Assembly: GCA_044344795.1 (NCBI GenBank)
Contig: JBIJCF010000002.1
Span: 98,845 to 162,844 of the forward strand
DNA from: Bacteroidia bacterium
GTDB lineage: Bacteria; Bacteroidota; Bacteroidia; Palsa-965
Length of the DNA: 64,000 nucleotides
Direction of reading: 5' to 3'
Shown: positions 61,001 to 64,000 of the stretch, in pieces
Position numbering within the stretch: position 1 is the stretch's first letter
Layout: each line of letters begins with the position of its first letter
The notes under the pieces: model-generated
The model's database searches: none
Seen by the model: the letters and a program-made list of their open reading frames with translations, nothing else
What the model was told of the DNA's origin: nothing
Translations under genes and position numbers: made by a program

Positions 61001-61397
61001 CATTAATGGGCCACTGGCAATAACCTCCGGCTTGTGCAACATTGAAAGATACTAAGCCATTAGATCCAATTACAAGGTTGTTGTAGGCTGTTCCATAAAA
61101 ACAAAATGTAAATGGTAATGCAATATTTTGCGACCACTGGTCATCAAACAACGTTACCGCAGTTCCGGCATTAAACGGATCTGGTGCGTACGGAATAACA
61201 CTCGTAGTGTAGTTTGTGGTTTGGTTTGTCGGTACAAACGTTCCCGTCAAGTTGGCACAGTTGGGTACGCAAATAGTTTGGTCAGCACCGGCAGATATTG
61301 GACACACAACCGTTGATTGCCCTACAGCTGTGTGTGACAATGCCATTGTCACACACAATACTATTAGGAACGAGTATGTGAAGAAGTATTGTTTCAT
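58047..61397 (-). CDS. Large adhesin-like protein with SprB repeats, Ig-like and PKD domains and a type B T9SS sorting domain (gliding-motility-associated C-terminal domain)
   Basis: Signal peptide; SprB-repeat motifs (NATCFGSCDGSITTNVTGGYPPYTFAWS, TPCFGSCEGQLITATIGGTGPYSYSWS); recurrent TTTYTVTVTDANGC modules; C-terminus YIPNAFTPNGDGLNELF...FDRWGNMIY...WDG...YVYKI. Confidence 0.85.
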   Translation of the reverse strand: MKQYFFTYSFLIVLCVTMALSHTAVGQSTVVCPISAGADQTICVPNCANLTGTFVPTNQTTNYTTSVIPYAPDPFNAGTAVTLFDDQWSQNIALPFTFCFYGTAYNNLVIGSNGLVSFNVAQAGGYCQWPINAAVPTAANPMNTIMGPWHDLNPGLGGSVRYATYGTAPCRRFVVSWNAVPMYSCGTPVTQQLVLYETTNIIDNFIQTKPICSWNSGRAIQAVHNQNGTQAVVQAGRNSPLQWTINAPEGRRWTPSGANTYTIGWFVGPTQVGNTAAINVCPTVTTTYTFQATYTNCNNQTVTVSDQVIVNVSSLTVTAIPTTANICTGGNTQLSANAAGATSWSWSPAIGLSATNISNPVASPTVTTTYTVTATDASGCSGTAQVTVNVTPMTTADAGIDDTVCTGTCINLNASGGVSYVWNADPSIVGSTLIPNPQVCPTATTTYTVTVTDANGCTGTDQVTVHVAAQQLGVTLNATNATCFGSCDGSITTNVTGGYPPYTFAWSNAATTSSINGLCASAYNITVTDAIGCTATANIFVTEPTPVDIQATSILSANCGLNDGSVTITVIGGNGPYTVQWPSGNSGLTENNLASGQVCVYAYDVNGCGDTLCLTVPNTPGADVSIVSNTPTPCFGSCEGQLITATIGGTGPYSYSWSPSGGNTASASLLCPGTYTVTMTDANGCQDTAIATIIQPSLLTVAGGANGTICIGQTYNVSATAAGGTAPYTYDWTDGTNASQGQTWIVNPIVTTTYTVTVTDANGCVSQPAVVTVTVNPPLQVTASADQIVCQGTQVTFSANGSGGDGNLTYTWLPLNTNGSSQTTTVQTTTTYTVVLTDGCGSPATIDSITVTINPAPIVTFAATSDLEDCATHCVSFINNTPNTQTVTWAFGNNLGTSSSATPTFCFSTPGSYDVTATVTDVIGCTSTLTLTNYVTVYPNPVADFSATPNPATLLNNTVQFTDQSFGATTWLWSFGQDDSASVLQNPSYQFNDSGTVMVQLIVANQYGCTDSITLPILIREDYAIYIPNAFTPNGDGLNELFFPQGIGINPDKYSMYIFDRWGNMIYQTTTWPGGWDGTVQGSSRVCQIDTYVYKISTVSPDGSRRQYIGAVNLIR

Positions 61398-61481
61398 GTT
61401 GCTGAATTACAGGGATTTGCCGCACCCTAAACAAATGTAATTCAGTTTCGCTTAAAAATAAAATTGAACCAAATCTTTTAT

Positions 61482-63089
61482 TTATTTGATAATCAGTTTT
61501 TTGAGTCCTAATGGAGAGTTGTTGCCGTTTAAGACACGCGCAAAATATACTCCGGAAGGAAGCGTATTTAGGTTTAATTCTATTCGATCAGCTGAAGAGA
61601 ATCGATTTGAAAAAACAACTTGTCCAATTGAATTCAAGACTTCAATCACCACATCTTCTTGTGATTTAGTTGATATGTCAATAAAAAATTCGCCATTGTT
61701 TGGGTTTGGATACATTTCAAATGCATTAGCCGAATAAACGTCTTCTATGCCAACTGCAGCATAACTGTATTTGATGGTTAAAAAATCGTCATTTGTATTA
61801 TTCGCGGACTTTCCTGTTATATAGACATCGCCGTTAGTAGAATTTACAGCCATAGCTGCAGCTTGATCCGAATTACCTGCAGGTCCGTCATAACGCATGT
61901 TCCAGATCATGTTGCCTTGGTTGTTATATTTAATGGTGACATAATCGCTGGTTGTATTTGCAATGCTGTATCCGGTAACATACACGTTTAATGAGTCGTC
62001 TAGCGCAATAGCGTATGCGCGGTCATCTGCATTAACGCCACCATCGTATCGTGAAATCCATAGTTGAGTTCCTGTTGCATCATATTTAACTGTTGCATAA
62101 TCAGCGGGAGTGCTATTGTTCCCGATTGCTTGACTCTGCCCTGTAACATAGACGTTTCCGGATGGATCAGTGACAATATCATTTGCTTCTTCGTATCTGT
62201 TGGCTGCATTATTGTAGCGTGCTGTCCAATTCAGAACACCGGCAGTTGTATATTTAAGGGTTAAGAAATCAAACCAATTGTTAGTTTGAAAACTATATCC
62301 CGTAACTAAAATATTGCTTGACGCATCTAATGTTATGGCTTTGCCAAAATCATTGTCATTACTTGGTCCGTTGTAAAATTGCAACCACTGTTGACTGCCC
62401 GCACTATTGTATTTGAATATCGCGTAGTCGCTGTTGTTAGTGGCATTCTGCACAGAACCGACAACATAAACATTTCCTTGTGAGTCCGTTGTTAAATCAT
62501 TTGCAACATCTTCTCCGCTCGCTTGACCATTGTAAACAACATTCCAAAGCTGTGTTCCGTTGTTGTCGTATTTGATGATAACGAGATCGGTTGTGAAATT
62601 AGAGGTGGTCTCGTAACCGCAAACGATGACATTATTGCTTGCGTCTAATACGATCGCGTTTCCCTGATCAAGTGAGTTTCCCGCTCCATTATGATGTGCA
62701 ACCCATTGTAAACTTCCTTGTGTGTCGTACTTGATAGTAGTGATGTCGGGTCCGTTATTTCCTTTGGAATATCCTGTTACATAAACATTGCCGGACGGAT
62801 CAACGACCAGCTTAAATGCCTCATCGTTGTCATTACCACGATCATAGTTTTGTACCCATTGAAACTGGCCTGTAGCAGAATATTTTACAGTAACCATATC
62901 GAGATTACCATTCGAATTGAATGCGCTACCAGTCACATAGACGTTGCCAGAGCCATCTAATGCAATCGAGCGAGCTTCATCAGCATTGTCCGGAGGTGCG
63001 TTATAACGCTGTGCCCATGCAACAGGAATTTGGGCAAGTAACGAATTAACAAACAGTAAAGGCAATGCGACTAGTGTAGAATATTTCAT
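61482..63089 (-). CDS. SBBP-repeat beta-propeller protein with a type A T9SS C-terminal sorting domain
   Basis: Repeated D.SGNVYVTGYS units and a C-terminus of FEMYPNPNNGEFFIDIS...GVYFARVLNGN...KKLIIK. I prefer ATG 63089 (MKYSTLVALPLLFVNSLLAQ), because the ORF-track start at 63161 would cover the neighbour's terminator. Confidence 0.85.
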   Translation of the reverse strand: MKYSTLVALPLLFVNSLLAQIPVAWAQRYNAPPDNADEARSIALDGSGNVYVTGSAFNSNGNLDMVTVKYSATGQFQWVQNYDRGNDNDEAFKLVVDPSGNVYVTGYSKGNNGPDITTIKYDTQGSLQWVAHHNGAGNSLDQGNAIVLDASNNVIVCGYETTSNFTTDLVIIKYDNNGTQLWNVVYNGQASGEDVANDLTTDSQGNVYVVGSVQNATNNSDYAIFKYNSAGSQQWLQFYNGPSNDNDFGKAITLDASSNILVTGYSFQTNNWFDFLTLKYTTAGVLNWTARYNNAANRYEEANDIVTDPSGNVYVTGQSQAIGNNSTPADYATVKYDATGTQLWISRYDGGVNADDRAYAIALDDSLNVYVTGYSIANTTSDYVTIKYNNQGNMIWNMRYDGPAGNSDQAAAMAVNSTNGDVYITGKSANNTNDDFLTIKYSYAAVGIEDVYSANAFEMYPNPNNGEFFIDISTKSQEDVVIEVLNSIGQVVFSNRFSSADRIELNLNTLPSGVYFARVLNGNNSPLGLKKLIIK

Positions 63090-63125
63090 GGTAATTTTAA
63101 TTGAGCTATAAATATACATGACAAC

Positions 63126-63150
63126 AAAAAAGCCCCGACATAAATCGGGG
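63126..63150 (-). terminator. Rho-independent terminator after the right-edge PKD/T9SS gene
   Basis: The minus strand reads CCCCGA-TTTATG-TCGGGG-C-TTTTTT. Confidence 0.6.
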
Positions 63151-63175
63151 CAATTTTGCAAATAGTTTTTGTGAT

Positions 63176-64000
63176 TTATTTGATGAGGTTGACATGTCCA
63201 GTGAGGTCGTGTTTTTTACCCAGGATGTCTTTAGCTTTAATTTTCCAGACGTAAGTGTCGATTTGTGCGATGTCTGAAGCACCTTGCACGCGACCGTCCC
63301 AACCATCGTTGATGTCATTGGTGTAATAGATCATGTTACCCCAACGATCGAAGATCCACATTTCGAAGTGGTTAGGATCGATTCCGATTGCGACAGGGAA
63401 GAACACATCGTTAAGTCCATCCTCGTTAGGAGTGAAGGTGTTAGGTACGTAGATGGATACATCAGGATCGATGCAGACGATTTGCGAAGCCGTATCGATA
63501 CATCCGTCAGCAGAAGTGACAGTGAGTAAAACACTGTAGCAAGTCGGATCGGGATAAGTGAACTGAGGGTTTTGATCGGAAGAAGCGGAGTTCGCCAGAT
63601 CCCCGAACGACCAGTTCCACTGCACGGCGTTGGAAGAAGAGTCGGTGAAGGATATGGTAGGGTTAAGGATGGTAGTTGGCTGCGGAGACGCTCCGAAGGC
63701 CGCTACCGGATTAGCGAATACACTGATGTAGTTAGCCATAGTGATGTTAGCGCTACATCCTGCGCCGGTAGTTACGTTGAGCGTAACGGTATAGTTGCCT
63801 GGATCATCAAAGCAGTGTGAAGGGTTTTGTTGGTTGGACGTGTTACCATCACCAAAGTCCCATAGCCATCCTGTGATTACCGCCGGAGCTAAAGCAGAAG
63901 ATAAGTCGGAGAAGTTAACGCACAGCGGTGCACAACCACTGGTGATATCAGTGGACAGATTAGCCGTAGGCATAGGATTTACGGTGATGTTGACAACAGT
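63176..64000 (-). CDS. PKD-domain protein with a type B T9SS sorting domain; the N-terminus lies beyond the right edge
   Basis: The frame stays open upstream of Met 63973 (TVVNITVNP-M...). Two PKD modules (WDFGDGNTSNQQNPSHCF, WSFGDLANSASSDQNPQFTY) and a C-terminus of YVPNTFTPNEDGLNDVF...FDRWGNMIY...WDG...YVWKI. Confidence 0.85.
   Translation of the reverse strand, partial: TVVNITVNPMPTANLSTDITSGCAPLCVNFSDLSSALAPAVITGWLWDFGDGNTSNQQNPSHCFDDPGNYTVTLNVTTGAGCSANITMANYISVFANPVAAFGASPQPTTILNPTISFTDSSSNAVQWNWSFGDLANSASSDQNPQFTYPDPTCYSVLLTVTSADGCIDTASQIVCIDPDVSIYVPNTFTPNEDGLNDVFFPVAIGIDPNHFEMWIFDRWGNMIYYTNDINDGWDGRVQGASDIAQIDTYVWKIKAKDILGKKHDLTGHVNLIK

Noticed and set aside
63090-63161. An N-terminal extension of the SBBP protein (MQNCPDLCRGFFVVMYIYSSIKIT).
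   Set aside because: The extension overlaps the hairpin/T-run terminator of the upstream gene (63126-63150). The internal Met at 63089 gives a normal signal peptide.

Overview
This 64-kb window is chromosomal DNA from a Bacteroidota genome. The evidence for that is an LpxC-FabZ fusion, a PorX-type response regulator, SprB repeats, and type A and type B T9SS C-terminal sorting domains. It is almost fully coding, and I found no rRNA, tRNA, CRISPR array, integrase or transposase. Recognisable housekeeping genes are rnhB, efp, lpxD (two copies), lpxC/fabZ, lpxA, tsaE, aroB, aroA, murB, ftsE and gyrB, plus proline dehydrogenase and an alanine-dehydrogenase-like gene.

Three accessory-looking blocks sit among these genes:
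1. A surface-polysaccharide locus at about 8.8-15.9 kb. It holds a GT4 glycosyltransferase, an FkbM methyltransferase, a Wzx-like flippase, two tandem Wzz-like proteins and a Wzy_C/O-antigen-ligase-like protein.
2. A tightly overlapping six-gene operon at 23.6-30.3 kb. It encodes three B12-binding radical SAM enzymes, two SAM methyltransferases and a Pol-beta-type nucleotidyltransferase-fold protein. It lies between the lipid A operon and a SAMHD1-like HD gene.
3. A cell-surface/T9SS cargo block at 53.4-64 kb. It holds two tandem collagen-like (Gly-X-Y) paralogues, a 1116-aa SprB-repeat adhesin, an SBBP beta-propeller protein and a further PKD protein.

The radical SAM operon is my best candidate for an undescribed system, because I cannot assign it to any characterised pathway from sequence alone. 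The collagen-like pair is second. All product calls rest on motifs read by eye in the supplied translations. No database search or computation was run.
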